This document shows, one piece after another, positions 21,971-36,672 of a stretch of 59,337 nucleotides of DNA. Origin of the DNA: Trichinella spiralis (lineage: Eukaryota). The stretch lies in the NCBI RefSeq assembly GCF_000181795.1, contig NW_003526943.1, forward strand, positions 10,214,849-10,274,185. The letters run 5' to 3'. The notes under the pieces are model-generated. The model saw only the letters and a list, made by a program, of their open reading frames with translations. It was not told the DNA's origin and did not search any database. A program made the position numbers and the translations under genes. Each line of letters begins with the position of its first letter. Within the stretch, counting starts at the first letter, position 1.

Positions 21971-24900
21971 TCATACAATACTGCTTGTAGGTGGCTTGTA
22001 AGGTTGTAAACGAGAATATTCTACAGGCAAATTGGAAGTAGTTATTGGTCGGCGTGCCGCAGCGTCTTTAACCAAATCCAGCTCTGCATAATTCAACCCT
22101 TCGCGCGTCTGAGATCCTGGATGCTGTGCAGGATAGACAATTGGCTATAATTGAAAAAAAAAGATTATTCAATTTTATTCAAGTCCATCTCAACTGGTTG
22201 GTGCATTTAGGCAACAATGCTATTATGCATAATTATTGCATGCAAAATCAAAACACTGAAACAGGCTCAGCAAGCGAAAATGGATGCAATAAAAAAAATT
22301 AATAAAATAAAAAAACAAAATAATCAAAAAACAAAAACAAAAAATGAAATTAAAGCAAATGATGAGAATTTAAATCAACTGCAATCAAAAGAGCAAAAGC
22401 GAAAATGGCAGCAATGCAGAATGAATGAATGAATGGATGGTCGTTTGATTGAAAAAATGTATGCAAAAATAATTCAAACAGTCAATGAAAACAAGCTTAT
22501 CATTTGCACGGTCAATATATTTAAATAAAAATTCACACGGAGTTGTGCACGTGTTATTTAAGAAAATGTTTTTTTTTTGAATAAACACTGAAACAGTGAG
22601 GTGCCGCTGCTGCTGCCTTGGTGAATTTTGAAAGTTATCATTAAAATTAATTAAAAAAAATTTTTTTTTCCTAATTTAACAAATCTTTCATTGTACAAAT
22701 AATATAGACACAATACGGCAGCACTTACATGAAAAAGCAGAATAGAATGACATGCACCCGGGTTACACAGATGAGGTTTTTGGAGGAATAAGAAGCTGAG
22801 GCTGCAAAATAAAAAAAATAAAAAACAAAATTAAATTGAATTGAATTAAATTCGTATCAATGTCTATATTGAAGCAAAAGCAGCAAATTAAAAAAAGCAT
22901 AGTAAAGCTCTTTTCACAATTAGTAACGTGTAAATAGAATACAAGAGCATTGCCATCAACGAACTTTCAAGATTCAGCCGAGCAAAAATTGAAAAATAAT
23001 AAAATAAAATAACTTGAAATAAAATAGAAAAAAAATAAAATTTACAAAATAGGCAATAATTTGTGCATGTGTGTAAATTGTAAAAGTACGTACACCATAA
23101 AAATCCATGCAGATAGAATAGAGAATAATTGCAGACAACCAACAGTCTTTTACCAAATATGAGTATATATATATATGTATGTACAATACAAATAGTTAGA
23201 ATATTCACATTAGTGGTACGCATGCGAGTGTATTGAAAGGATGCAGAGCGAAATGCAGCGTTTTAAACAGCGACTTCTTTAGATACTCTTCCACCGACGC
23301 CGCCGCCGCCAGCGTTACGCCACGAATACGTTACCTCGGGTTTGTATAGATCATTATGAGGTGCTGAAACGGGAGGAAGACGTTCCGGTTTAGGAGCTTG
23401 GCGCATCACTTCAGGAACAATGCTAAAAAACAACAACAACAATAATTAATTGTTTATTTTTTTAAAAAAAGTCATATAAAAGCATACTTGATTGGATATT
23501 TTTTCTGTTGCTTAGAAACTTTAGCTTGTTTAGCTTTGCTATCTGCAAAAATAGAGAAAACAATTAATTTGATGAATAAGTTTGCAAAATAAATTTCCAA
23601 AAAAGTTTAAAAAATGAAAATTTGCGCTGTTTATTGCATACTTGTAAAGCAAGCCATTCGTCTCCACCAGAGGAACAAAGTCAGCAGTATGAGAATCAAA
23701 ACTAATACAGCGACCGCAATTCCCACAGCTAAACCAATATCTCCTTCACTGTAAGCGGAACTGTTGCCATTTCCTAAAATTATGCAAATTGTAGAATGAA
23801 TAATTAACCAAGTAGAATTTTTGTTTCAAGTAAAAGAAAGAAATATTACCAATCAAAGCGGCAAGATTGATGGCCTTTTTCAATTCGCCATGTTCATTTT
23901 GAATGCGGTATTCGACAAATTTTTTCTTATCACTTTCCGTCAACGGGCTGATCATCAAGCCGGCGTTGTAGCAAGCTGAATATGTAGAATTCTGAAATGA
24001 AGTGAAAAATTAATTAAATTAAATTAAATTAAATTAATTTCGTCTGATTCGTAACGTACACGGTGTGGCATTTCGGCCGTAAAACTGCCTAGCCGTTCGC
24101 CGGGAAGAAGGCGTTGGCCGTCGATTGTCCACTGGAAGCCGTCGTTGGAGTTCGGTGTAGGGTCTGAACAGAACTGGGCAATGATTCTCGCCTCGTTCGC
24201 GTCAACTTTTTCCTCAGTCACGGGTTCGTAATAGACCAACGGTGGGCCTGAAAAATGCAAATTATTTTTAAAAAAATACAAAAGAAAAAGAATTTTTCTT
24301 TTCTTTTTCTCACACAAAACTTACCAACAATGTCCACTTGTATACCGTCGTTGGTACCGTGATTGCGATTGCAGGCCCAGTCGTTGGCCGATTTGGCGAT
24401 GCAAGCGGCGCACCAATAGAAGCCACTTTTGAAATACGTATCCAGTGAAATGGAACACGCAGAAACAATTTCATCCTGTTAAGTAAATAAAAAAAACGAA
24501 TTAATTGAATTTTGTTTACTATTTTATGCAAATTTTATTATACCGCCGAAGTGTGCCCACTGGTTGGAGATGCGTTTTGTTCACAAGTGGCGTTTTTGAT
24601 CGTACCGTCGGCCGTTTTGTGATACCAGAACATCTTTGGCAACGGATAGCCGGTCGCTTTGCAAAGCAAAGTTATCTGTTGGCCCATTCTGGCTCGATTT
24701 GAGCCTGGCTCAAATACGGACGAAGTTTTGATGCTTTGAAAATTGTGCCCAGACAGCTGAGGATACGCTGGAACAAATATAAATTAAAGTATGATTACAG
24801 GATGAAAAAAAGTGCAACGGTGAATATGAATGGAGATAGATTTTGAGATTTATCTTTTTCGACAGCAACTAGCACTTGTTCACCTTGAACTGGTTAGCAT

Positions 24901-26054
24901 AATTGGGTCGGAAAAAAAATCTGCCCCTGGGAAAAAGCATCCACGTCAGAATTAAAATGAGCAACCTTGACCTTGTAAGGGCCATTGTTACAGGGGAGAA
25001 AAGAGTCGCAATGCGAAATGGGGGAGGGGGAGGGGGGGTGAGAAGGAAAGAAGGCGTTTTTTTTTCAAATTAAAATTATGACAAATTCTATACATACGGT
25101 AAAACATAGAAGAGAAATTTGTAAAAACTTACACAACTTGTCGACAACGACAACTTTGGACATTTTTTCGTAGAGCGTGTTCATCGCCTGACATTGGATA
25201 CTCTTCAGACGGTGGTCAATGCCCAAAGCGATCATGGGACCGTCGAACAACCGACTACCTTCGATGAACCAGCTGAATTGGGTAGGCGGAGGGTTGCCAA
25301 TAGCTTTGCAATGCAAAGTCGATGGGAAGTTGGAGAAAAATTTGTTGCCATTCAAAGCGGGATGGTACTTTTCGTCCACAATGGTGGGTTCGTCCAAAAA
25401 TTGCACGTCCATCACCGACATCACCGACACGTTCGACGGTCCACTGGGACCGTCGTAATATACCGAACAGACGAGCCTTTTCCCATGCATGCTGCCGTTG
25501 ATTGGAACCGAATCCAACCACGTGGCGGCAAATTCGGCAACTGTGGATTTGTCCAACGATTTCGCCTGGAGCAGATTATCGAATTCGGTACTGTTGCAGT
25601 CGAGACAACTGAACACGGGTCTCACACCGCTTTGGTCACTGACACAATACAGGGGTGTGGAAAACGGTGTACGCCATGAGATTCTCTGCAAAAGTTGTCA
25701 ATTAGACGACTGGAAAAAAATTTCAATCCACAACAACAACAACAACAAACCTGCAAGTGCATGGCCCTGCCGATTGGCAATAGATCCAGAGTTATGGCGA
25801 GTTTGGGTGCAACTGTACTGCCGAATCCTCGGATGGACGGATCTCCATGATTGGGCTGTTGATTCGCTGTTCCCAACGGAAGTGCTGAGTTCGGTGTGCC
25901 TTGTCCCCATACTTGAAACTGAGCAGCACCTGGAAAATTATTCACTTCAATAAAATTCAACTGTTGCTATGGTCTTTTCCAACTTACCAGTGTAAAATAT
26001 TCCAATAAAAGCAAGTAATAACAATAATGATGGCGATGATAACAGGGGATACAT
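21971..26054 (-). CDS. Type I Ig-superfamily cell-adhesion receptor (Fas3/nectin/echinoid-like) with alternative C-termini
   Basis: Signal peptide MYPLLSSPSLLLLLAFIGIFYTG (26054). Ig motifs HGKRLVC, LHCKAIGNPPPTQFSW, IQCQAMN, FCSDPTP...FQW. TM segment GLAVGIAVAVLVLILILLTLFLWWRR (~23740-23660). Cytoplasmic exons are in phase. Confidence 0.85.
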
Positions 26055-29000
26055 TTCAAAGTGGGCTTTTTGATCACAGCACCGTTGTCGTGATGTTTGT
26101 TGTTGTTGTTGTTGTTGTTTACTTGTCTTTCAACTGCAACTGCTTTCGTTTGTTTCTCTGCAAAAATGAAGACAACAAATAAGCGATGAATAAATTTTTG
26201 CAAATAAATAAGCGAAACGCGCTCATTGTCGAACAATGACAATGTAATAATGTCAGTGTTGGGAAAAAAGGAATCTGCATGAACAGTGAGTGCATTTTGC
26301 AAGAGTCAAGTTTGAAAGTGCTTTTCGTCCTCGCTCACATCAGGGTCAACAACGTAATGCAAGTTTTGTCCAAAACTGACTGTAGAACTTCTTGAGCATC
26401 AATTTTGACATTTTTAGCTCAAAAGTGAACAACGAAAAGCACATCTTTTGAGGAACAAACTCTCAATAAATAAATAAATAAATAAACAATGGAAGAGTAG
26501 TGGAAAAATGAGAAACCAGTTGAAGCGAAGAGAACTGAATGTAATATTCTTCCTCAGGGGAGAAGAGATGTTGAACAGGAAAAGCGACTTTTATTCATAA
26601 CAGCCGTCGGGGGGAATTTTGTCGATCGTTACACATGCAGAAAGAGAGCTACGTTGAATAGAAATCTTCTGCTCTACTGATGCAAAGTGATAAAAATCCA
26701 GCCTGCACTACACACATCCATCCATCATTGGTTCCACTGATCATCGGTCGATCTGACGATGTCCATTTGTGGAAGGAAAACTCTCCATTGGTCAGGTCAT
26801 GGTCGAATGGTTTCGATCGTGACCCGAGCTGGCCGGACGACCAGCCTGCTTATCACCGCAATTATTGGCGTCGGCGGTACCACAACCAACGCCAGGGTCG
26901 ACCGTCCGTTGGGAAAACGGCACTGGTCATTGCACAATGGTCGTGGACCGTCGCCACGCGCACCTGGACGCGCGTTTCCTGTCATTCGGTACAATAGAAA
27001 ACAGACGGACCAATTGACAACCTAGTGGACAATGGACAAACAGAAAAACAAGTGTCCCTTCCGGCGGCTGGGCACCAAATCTGCGCAGCACACATTGCAC
27101 AAAGCGTTCAATTAATTCATTATTCCCCACAACGACGAGATCAATCAAGCACCAATACAAAAAACACACTAATCCCCTTTTCCCTTTTCAACTAAAGCCA
27201 CTTCACACTTCGAGTGTATTTATTATCAGTTTATTCGTTTATTAATGGAAAATATACAAAATGAACAAATACATACCCATGTTATCTATTATTACTTATC
27301 GCTTAATCCAACTTAATTTGTAAAAATTCATAATCTACCTCTTATCTCTTGTCAGAGCTATGATGTATTGTCACCTTTGTTCTGCTAAGTGAGAAAAAAA
27401 ACAAATAGAATATTCAAAAAACAACAAATAGATTTTTTTTTGAAATTCAATCAATTCAAAATCCAACACCAATCGCTCATCTTATATTTATATACATGGA
27501 CTATTTGTGACAGATTTGACATGTTGAACAGTATCAAAAGAAGCGAATAAATCAAACAACCAAGAAACTTGCTAGTTATAATTGAAAAAAGGAGCGCTTT
27601 TGAATGATTCAGAGGAAAAAATTTCCACAATGCCAAAGTGAAATGTTGATCGAGATGAACCAATTGATGAGATGTTTAAAGTTTTGTACAGGATAAAGCA
27701 TTGAAAAAAACAAAATAAATATTATAAAAATAAAAAAAATTTTCTTTTCTTTTCTTTCATCTCCAATATCACAAAACTTTATCACGTTGATTCAGTAAAT
27801 AAAAAAAGAAATTAAACGAGCGTCGTCATGAAATAAATTTCAAATTAAACTTTGCATGACTCATCCTTGTCTTTCGTCGTTTCAAAAACTTACCACTGCT
27901 GACAAAGTGACCTTGTCCTATTCTACTGGGTGACATTTCGTCCAGTGTAAAATGCAATTGTCATTTTCATCTCTGAGAAATTACGCAAAAATAATTATCA
28001 AATTTACATTTGAATAGTTGACTAAAATAGGAAGAATAAAAAAATATATATATATGTATATAATTGATAAGAAAAAGATTAGTTTATTTAAATGAAGAAA
28101 AAAAAATTCACGTTTATTGTACAACTTATTGTAGATTAGAATTTTAAATATTCTACTGTAATGACAAACAAAAAAGAACCAATATTTGCATCTTCAAATA
28201 TTACAGTACGTCTAGTTTGGTTAATTTTTTTTAACATTGGAAATCTGGCGACATTGAAATCGACAGACATATGCAATGCCAAAAGCCAGAAGTCGAATGC
28301 CAATAAATAATACAAGGTGAAATTTTTGTAAGCAAAATCACTATCCATTTTTTTCACATATTCTCAAAAACGAGATTCACTAAATTGTTTGAAAATTTTC
28401 ATATAGTAATAAATTTTGACATTTTCTTTTTTATACGAAAAGCTTATGAAAAATGATAATCTTATCAAATTTGGGGAAAAAAAAGTAAAACAATTTTCAA
28501 ACAGCCAATTGAGACGAGTTTACATTTGAAAAAATTAGCATAATCGTAATGAGAAAAATATGAATATGAAGAAGGGAAATTGAACTTACTGTTTCTTTTT
28601 AGCTGAGCTTAAAAATCAGACAACCAGAATAAACAGCAACTTGAAGACTGGGGCCAGTTCGAAATGACACACACACGCGCATACACAAACAAGACGATCG
28701 CGTTTCAACTTGACAATCAGGTCAGACTAACGACACGGCAAAATTCTTCGAGCATTTCTGCGTGGGTGGGGTAAACAAAAACTCCAACTCTTCATCATTT
28801 ATATCAATTATCCAACAGTCTATTTAGCTGAATATTGACAAGAATCTTGATCCGGAATGCTTAAATCTCACAGTTGAATCTAAACATCCACTCAATCTAC
28901 TGATCGTCAATTTACTGTAATAATAACGGAAGATGCAAAACTGAGCAAGCAGCAGTAACAACAACAACAATAGCAGAGAAAAGTGTTAATTGAAAATTAT

Positions 29001-31201
29001 TACAATAAGCATATATGGATAATTTGAATTGAGAAATAAGCAAGATGAATTGGAAAATGTTCTGCTGCTGCAAGTGAATTGAAATGGAATATTTGTGTGC
29101 AATACTTGCTTGAATTTTGCAAATTTTTTCAAAAATACCAATAAAAGTTATGCAAGTGAAAATGGTCAAATAGTGGATGTTGCTAAGAGACAATCGAAGC
29201 TAATGGTGATGTGTTCCCAACGCAACGACCAAAGAGAAACTGATCAATAGAAAAAAGGTGGAATTGAATACGCTGCACCGATGACAATTTTGCCATGACA
29301 ACGCCAATGCTGATTCACAGCTTTCAGTAACTGGCAGGTAAACAATGAATGCATACAGGTAAAGCTGCGCTTTTTGTCAACAAAGCTCTGTCTGTGTGTC
29401 TATGTGTCACCACACCCGAAATAACAGCAGCGCAAATACCGGCTTTTAAAATTAGCTTCTCTCCAACCCACAACCCAATTCAAGCCGCTGAACCATGTCC
29501 ATTGGCTTTTTCTACTGGACGAAAACTGTCCCTTCCGGATCATTGACATTTTTAAATTTGCCACATTTCAAAATTCAATATTTTCCAAGCATCTGTTAAC
29601 ATTGACCAATTTAGCATCAATTTGTCGACCTTTTCGTTCGGATATTCCATATCGAAATTCATTTCTTTTTCTTTTCCTCATCATTACACACAAATTAAAA
29701 ACTGATTATCAACTTCATTTCTAAACAATACATAATATTCATCATATTTTAATGAAACAATTGAAAACAGTGCAAAATTTGAATTTTTTTGTTTATTCAT
29801 CTCTTTCAACCACCTCTGTATTTGTTATTTGAAAACAATATTTCCATTGCTAATATATTTGATAAAATGTTGATTCGAAATTTCCAAATCAAACTTTTTT
29901 TGAAAATTCATTTTATTCATTCATTCAATTCCATTGTTTAATTCGTTCTATTTGAAAAGCACACTCCGCGCGGTCATTGCTGCTTACTCACGTTATCTTT
30001 GTGCAGATAGAACTTTTAAAAATAAATAAATATATATACGCTTCGTGTGCTATGCATGATAAGCAGGAAATACAATTTTCAAAAATATTCAAATATCTTA
30101 CACTGGTATTGAAAGAAAAATCATATCAATAATGGAACATTGAAAGAAAAAGTAACTTATTAAAGTTGCATAAAATATCAAAAATTGATTAAAATTTTAC
30201 AACAAGCAACAAATCTTCAACTGCTTATGTTGCTAAATCGGATTGATACGTGTTGAATAATTTGAAAACTAAAATTGCATATTTTTGCAAAAATTTTTGC
30301 TTAAAATATGTCAAAATAAGACCAGTATATCATCGTCGAATTGTTGTAACACAATTCAATCTAGAACGGCACAGCCGACTGATACAACCAGTAAACGGCA
30401 ATTAATTCATTCACTTTGGTAATTGTTCAATCTTTATTGCAAAAATTATTCAATGGAAATAATTTTACTTTAAAAAATTTTATCATGTCAAAAATATTTT
30501 ATACTAAAATCAACGCATAAAATAATTCTACTTGTTATATAATAATTACTCATATTCATACTGTATTGTTTACATATTATTTTCAATTTGTACTTAATTG
30601 TCTTTATGTTTATTACAGTAGTTATTAATTTTCTTTTCTTTTTTTTGAACATAAACAATTAAACCTCTGCTTTACATTTACTTAAAAAGGTACTTTTTGT
30701 ATGCTTAATATGTTTCATATTTTACTTTGTAAAGTTTTCACTGTTATACTGTTGCATTTAAGTACTGAGTGTTTACAACTGCAATGTTAAACTTTTAATA
30801 TGTAAATAATATCTGTTTTATAATTTTATATTTGTATTTTTTGCAGTTTCACATTTTTAACTAGTGAAATTGACAAATTTTAGCATTTTTTTAATTTGTT
30901 TTGCAGTATCAACATTGTTTGTGAACTGTTGTTATGGGTATTGCATAATGTTTACATTTATTGCGTGTTAATGTTTGTAGATGAGTGAATTTTGATTTAA
31001 AAAAAATGAAAAGTTAAACTGAAATTAATTTTTGTATTCTAATTGCCAAAATTATTTTTCAGTTGATGTAAAACTTTATTATAACTATTATTATTATTAC
31101 AATACAATGAAATGTCATGTTGTCGCTTATTCTGTTTGCTAAATAAGTTTACATGTTATTTGTTTACAGCAGTCAGTTGTCCGGTTTTTAGCTACAGTAC
31201 A

Positions 31202-31567
31202 ATGACATCATTAGCCAGAGGCAAACTGATTGCTGTTATTGGGGATGAAGATACATGTGTTGGATTTTTACTCGGCGGTATTGGTGAATTGAATCGAGCT
31301 CGACAACCCAATTTCTTGGTTGTTGACAAAAATGTCAGCGTTCAAGAAATAGAAAACACATTTAAATCGTTCGTCAGTCGAGATGATGTTGCTATCATAT
31401 TAATTAATCAGCATATTGCGGAGATGATACGATATGCTATTGATGATCACGTTAAAAGCATTCCGGCAGTATTGGAAATACCATCCAAGGAACATCCGTA
31501 CGATCCGTCGAAAGATTCAATTTTATTCAGAGCGAAAGGGATGTTCAGCACTGATGATTTCAGATAA
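31202..31567 (+). CDS. ATP6V1F: V-type H+-ATPase subunit F (intronless CDS)
   Basis: [22 protein letters not shown]...[21 protein letters not shown]. Start is the ATG at 31202, after an acceptor. Confidence 0.97.
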   Translation: MTSLARGKLIAVIGDEDTCVGFLLGGIGELNRARQPNFLVVDKNVSVQEIENTFKSFVSRDDVAIILINQHIAEMIRYAIDDHVKSIPAVLEIPSKEHPYDPSKDSILFRAKGMFSTDDFR

Positions 31568-33019
31568 TTCTGTTTGAAAAATGGTATAGTGCATTTTCTT
31601 TCTCCACTATTTTTATAATTATTTTGCAAATTTTTTGATTAACCTGTTCATGTTCTTTTCGTTTTATGAAACCTTTTTTTTTCTGAAAATTGATGCTAAA
31701 ATTCATCGCTGAATGCAATCTGGTTGAATTTGTTGCCTAAAAATAAACAATGGTATTGTCATTTTTGTGAATATATTTACTTGTACAATTGATTGTCGTT
31801 GCTCAAATTTTATTTCACTTCAGTTTTTACACGTTATCATATTGTTCTTTTTCAACATTTGTCGAATTGTAATTTTTCTATTATGGAATAAATGTGATTG
31901 AAATCAATTTATAATCTTTGAATGTTTGTTCTGTCAATTTGATTCAATAATTCTGCTATTGGAAGTTTCTCTTTTTGTCAGAGGAAGAATTTCATTTCTA
32001 TTTTTTGATTTTAATGAAATTACGAATGAAAAATATTTCAATTAATTAAATATTCTGAAAAATTTTCTCAAGTTAATAACTGACTGGTATGAAGAATATT
32101 AGAATTACTTGTTTTTCCAAAAAGAAAAATAACAGTTTTCTTTTTTTTATATTCAATTATTTATATTAAATATATTATAAGTATATATGTAGAAGAAATA
32201 TACAATTTAATGAAAAAAAAACAGCATGAGAAATGTTAGTTTTTCATACAACAGGAAAGAGAGTAATTGTTAAAATTATTTCAACCTACAATTTTAGTAT
32301 ATATGTGTAGTTGATAAAGGTGTTTGTGCAAGTTTTGCAATTTATGAAATGTTTAATTGAAATGAATGATGAATTTTGGAATTTTATACAAGCTTCCATG
32401 TGCAGTTTAGTACTGAAGTGAAAAATTGTGCATCAAGTGTTGCATTTGTTTGTCAGGCTGCTACTTTTCATCGCATGGTGGTATTAGTGAGCAGTTCACG
32501 ATGAAAGAGGTTCATTGAATTTGCTGATGATCAATGACATGCATATATTTGGTAAATTTAATTTCAACATATTAATAAGATTTTTAATATCAACGCTCAG
32601 GTAGTGTTTAGCAATTGTGAACAATTTCTCGCCGGATAGCGTGACTGAAATGGTCGATGAACATTTTGCAGAAGAAAGGCACCCACCCGTTTAGTCCGGA
32701 AGAAGCTGGATTGTGGAAATGGACAGCTCATAATTGGATCCAGTAAAGCGATACGGCCGATCTGTTTTCCATCCGATAAAGCAGAACGCTCATGCAGCCA
32801 TGCTTTATTCATGCTCATGTTTACCGGCTCGTTTTACAAAAATCGATCAACTTCAAGATTTGCCTATTTGTGCCATTCATTTTGGCAAATTGAATTCTTT
32901 TCCAAAAAATATTATTAACGAAACTATTTCAATTCTTGGGTTTTTTTGTGTTTAGAAATTTTCATACGTAGACAAAAAGTGAAGCCGAATTTTCAGATAT
33001 ATTGCTGCTGACAATTGAA

Positions 33020-36000
33020 ATGACTACTTTCAACAGTTGCTTGCAATATTGTCGATCTTCAAGAAAAGTTTTGCTAATTTTAGTCTCCACTGCGTTATTC
33101 TTGGACAACATGCTTCTGACAACTGTTGGTATGTTTGAAAATTTGAATTTTCATACAAATTTGAAATAATTAATAATTTATATTAATAAATTGCATATTA
33201 TTCAAGCAATGACAATAATTCACCTGTGTTATGAATATTATTTGCTGCTGCTGAGTTGGTGAAAATTTTACGAAATAGTTTGTCAAAAAAATGCAAAAGG
33301 AATTAAAACCCCTTCTTTTCTTTTTTAAACATTAAAAATATTACTTTGTTCAATTTACATATAAATGAAATTAAATTGGTAAATTTTTGTGAAATTATTT
33401 TTGAAATTAAACAACACACCGTCAACTGTGACGATAATTTGCACAATTTTAATAACGACAATGAAAATTGTGATCTAGTCTTATTTTAAAAAGCTTTTTA
33501 AAAATAAAACTGTTTTCAAGTGTGAATAATTTGCATATTTTTTTAAAACTAATGCATATTATGTGTATTTTTACATTTGAAATTACGAAGTGAAAATTGA
33601 ATGAAATGAGAAGAACAAGTTTAATTGATCAAAAGCAGCAATAAATGCTCTATGCTTTATCTGTGTGATAAAAATGGAAAATTTATTTTTTACTTTGTTT
33701 GAATGGAAATTCAATTGAAATTAAAATTTCGTTAAAATTTATTATTCCTATTATTTGTTTAAGTATTGAAAAGCATTAAAGGTAATAAATTAAAGAGAAA
33801 ATTTTTATGCAAATTGCACAAGTGCACAAATGGAAATTCATAGCATTGCATAGCAGTTGCAGTTTGAAAAGAGAAGAAAAATTCTTAGTTTGATTTTAAA
33901 AAAATCTTACATAATATACGAATCATTTGTTTAAACTATGGATAATTTTCAATTATAATTTCTAGTGCCAATAATGCCGGACTATTTATTCCGAATAGAA
34001 AATCCAAATGAAATTCCTCTCTTTGCTAACAGTAGCGCAGTAAACAGCAATGCATCTAATGTGATAACAGAAGCAAAGGAACACTTGTTGCTGGTGGAAG
34101 AAAATCTCAAGGTGGGCTTGATGTTCGGATCAAAAGCTTTCGTACAGCTGTTGACAAATCCATGTGTTGGTGTGCTAATTAGCAAGTATGTCTTTTTCTG
34201 TTATTGAATCTATTATTGAATGTTGGTATTTAATTTATGGAATCATTTCAATGTTGAATTGTGTTAATGTATAATTAAAAATATATTCGTTGTATTGATT
34301 TCAATTTTTTCAGAATTGGTTACACGATACCGATGTTTATTGGTTTTATTGTTATGTTTGGATCAACAATGAGTAAGAAAATTGTTTGACTAAGATGAAA
34401 TCAATACAAGCAATATTTTCAGTGTTTGCTTTTGGTGATACTTATGCAAAATTATTTTGCGCAAGAACTTTGCAAGGGATTGGCTCTGCTTGTACAAGTA
34501 CAGCCGGAATGGGAATGCTAGCTGAAGCTTATCCAGATGATGAAGAACGTGGGACTGCTATGGGCTTGGCATTGGGTGGTTTGGCACTTGGTGTTCTTGT
34601 TGGACCACCTTTTGGTGGTGTTTTATACAGTTACACTGGAAAAGAACTTCCATTTATTCTATTAGCACTGTTGGCATTAGCAGAAGGAGGTGACAATTTT
34701 ATTTCTGTAAAAATATGTAAAAATTAATATATAAATTATGAAATGAAAAAAAACACAATAGAAATGCTTAAAATTATTAGCGTATTTAATCAGAATTCAT
34801 GCCACACTAATCATATACTATCCAAAGCTGTAAGCTTTATTAATCAAAACCAAATTTTTTTTCCATTTACTTTCGTCTGTTTAATTTCAGTTTTGCAATT
34901 ATTGGTATTGCAACCCAAAATTTCTGCGCCTCGTTACCGTGATTCTTCTATTAAACGGCTAGTCAAAGATCCATACATTGTTCTTGCCGCAGGCGCCATA
35001 ACAATAGGCAATATAGGCATCGCTACAATGGAACCATCTTTACCCATCTGGATGATGGATACAATGAAAGCTAATTCTGCAACCACGGGTAATTAATTTT
35101 CTTTTTCTTTCACTGCTTATAACAGCAGCACAGAAATAAAAAATACATTTTAAACAATTTTTGAATAAAATAATTTTTAGTTTATTTAATAATTTTTAGG
35201 TGCTGCATTTTTACCAGCTAGTATTTCATATCTAATTGGAACGAATGTCTTTGGCCCATTAGCTCATCGCATCGGTCGCTGGTTGAGCGCTATGCTTGGT
35301 TTGCTTACAATCGGAGGATGCTTGATTGCGGTAGAAAAAAAATATATATGTATAGATTTATATTCATTTCCAAGAAATTAATATTCAGCTTTCAGATTCC
35401 TCAAGCTAAAAGTGTTTATCAACTTATTGCACCAAATACGTTTATGGGATTTGCAATAGGTATGATTTTTATAATTAGAATCTCCACACTTCAGAGTAAA
35501 ACGCAATCAGTACTACAGGAATGATTGATGCGTCAATGTTTCCACAAATGGGATACATTGTAGACATTCGATACAATGGCACATATGGTGGAGCATATGC
35601 TATAGCTGATGCAGCGTTTTGTTTTGCTTTTGCTTTAGGTAAAACAACTGCATTAAGCAGTAATTTTAGCATGCATATGTTAAACTATTTCAGGACCCAT
35701 TTTAAGTGGACCGTTGGTAAGAAATGCCGGATTTCCAGCGTAAGATTAGCATAAACTGTGAAAGTTATAAATTTGATAACTGAGTGGATGTATTTCAGAG
35801 TATTGTGCATAATAGCAGTTTTAAATTTTATCTATGCACCATTTTTATTTTTACTGAAGAAAATTCCAGAACCAGATATAATTCCATCCGAGGTAATTTT
35901 CTGCTTTAAAAATAAAGTAATAAATGAAATTGATATATTTAATATTAATATATATTTATTTACAGTCAATGCTACTGAAGAAGAATGCATTTACAGAATA

Positions 36001-36073
36001 TCGACCTTTCAGTGAATCACAGGAAGAAGAAATCAATTATTATGAATCAGTTTCATTGTATCAGGGATACTGA
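33020..36073 (+). CDS. cat-1: Vesicular monoamine transporter (SLC18A1/2 type, MFS)
   Basis: [20 protein letters not shown] (VMAT-type, versus LDNMLYM in VAChT), [60 protein letters not shown]. About 11 coding exons. Confidence 0.92.
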
Positions 36074-36672
36074 ATAGATTATATAATTAATACGAGATGA
36101 CTTTACTTTCCCATGCTTTTTAACCATGATATCATCTACATTTATATAATATTCTTTCAATGGCTTTTGCGTTTCAAGATATATTTATCAAAAGTGATAT
36201 AGCTTTAATTGTTGTGATTCCTTATAGAAGCGTTTGAGCAGCTTTGTTGTTAAAATAGTTTCATTTGTAATAAGATGCTCTTCTAATGTGAATCATTTAG
36301 AAGAAATTGAATTAAAACGAATAAAATATTTATGTTTCTTGTAATAGAATGAAAATTAATTTTGAAAATAATAAAGTTTATAGTTTTTCCATAAAAAACG
36401 AATGCTCTGAGATCAAACTGTGCACAAATGTATTCGTTACATTGCAAGTTATTGTATCTTTCATATATCTTCGTCATGCAAGTTGGAAATTTAAAGCACA
36501 GTAAACTGTGTAGTAAAAATGTTTTAAAGCTGAAAATTTTATTGTCTAAATTGTTTAAATTAATATTGTTTTTTAAAGTATAAAAAGTCAACTATTTATG
36601 AGGTTCAGTTTGTATTCTGTTTTCCTTGAAAGTAGCGAGCTGAGTTAAAAGCTGAGCTAAAGTGAAACAAAA

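Noticed and set aside
33020..36073. Possible VAChT/unc-17 cholinergic locus
   Set aside because: Motifs are VMAT-type, and no choline acetyltransferase exons flank the gene.
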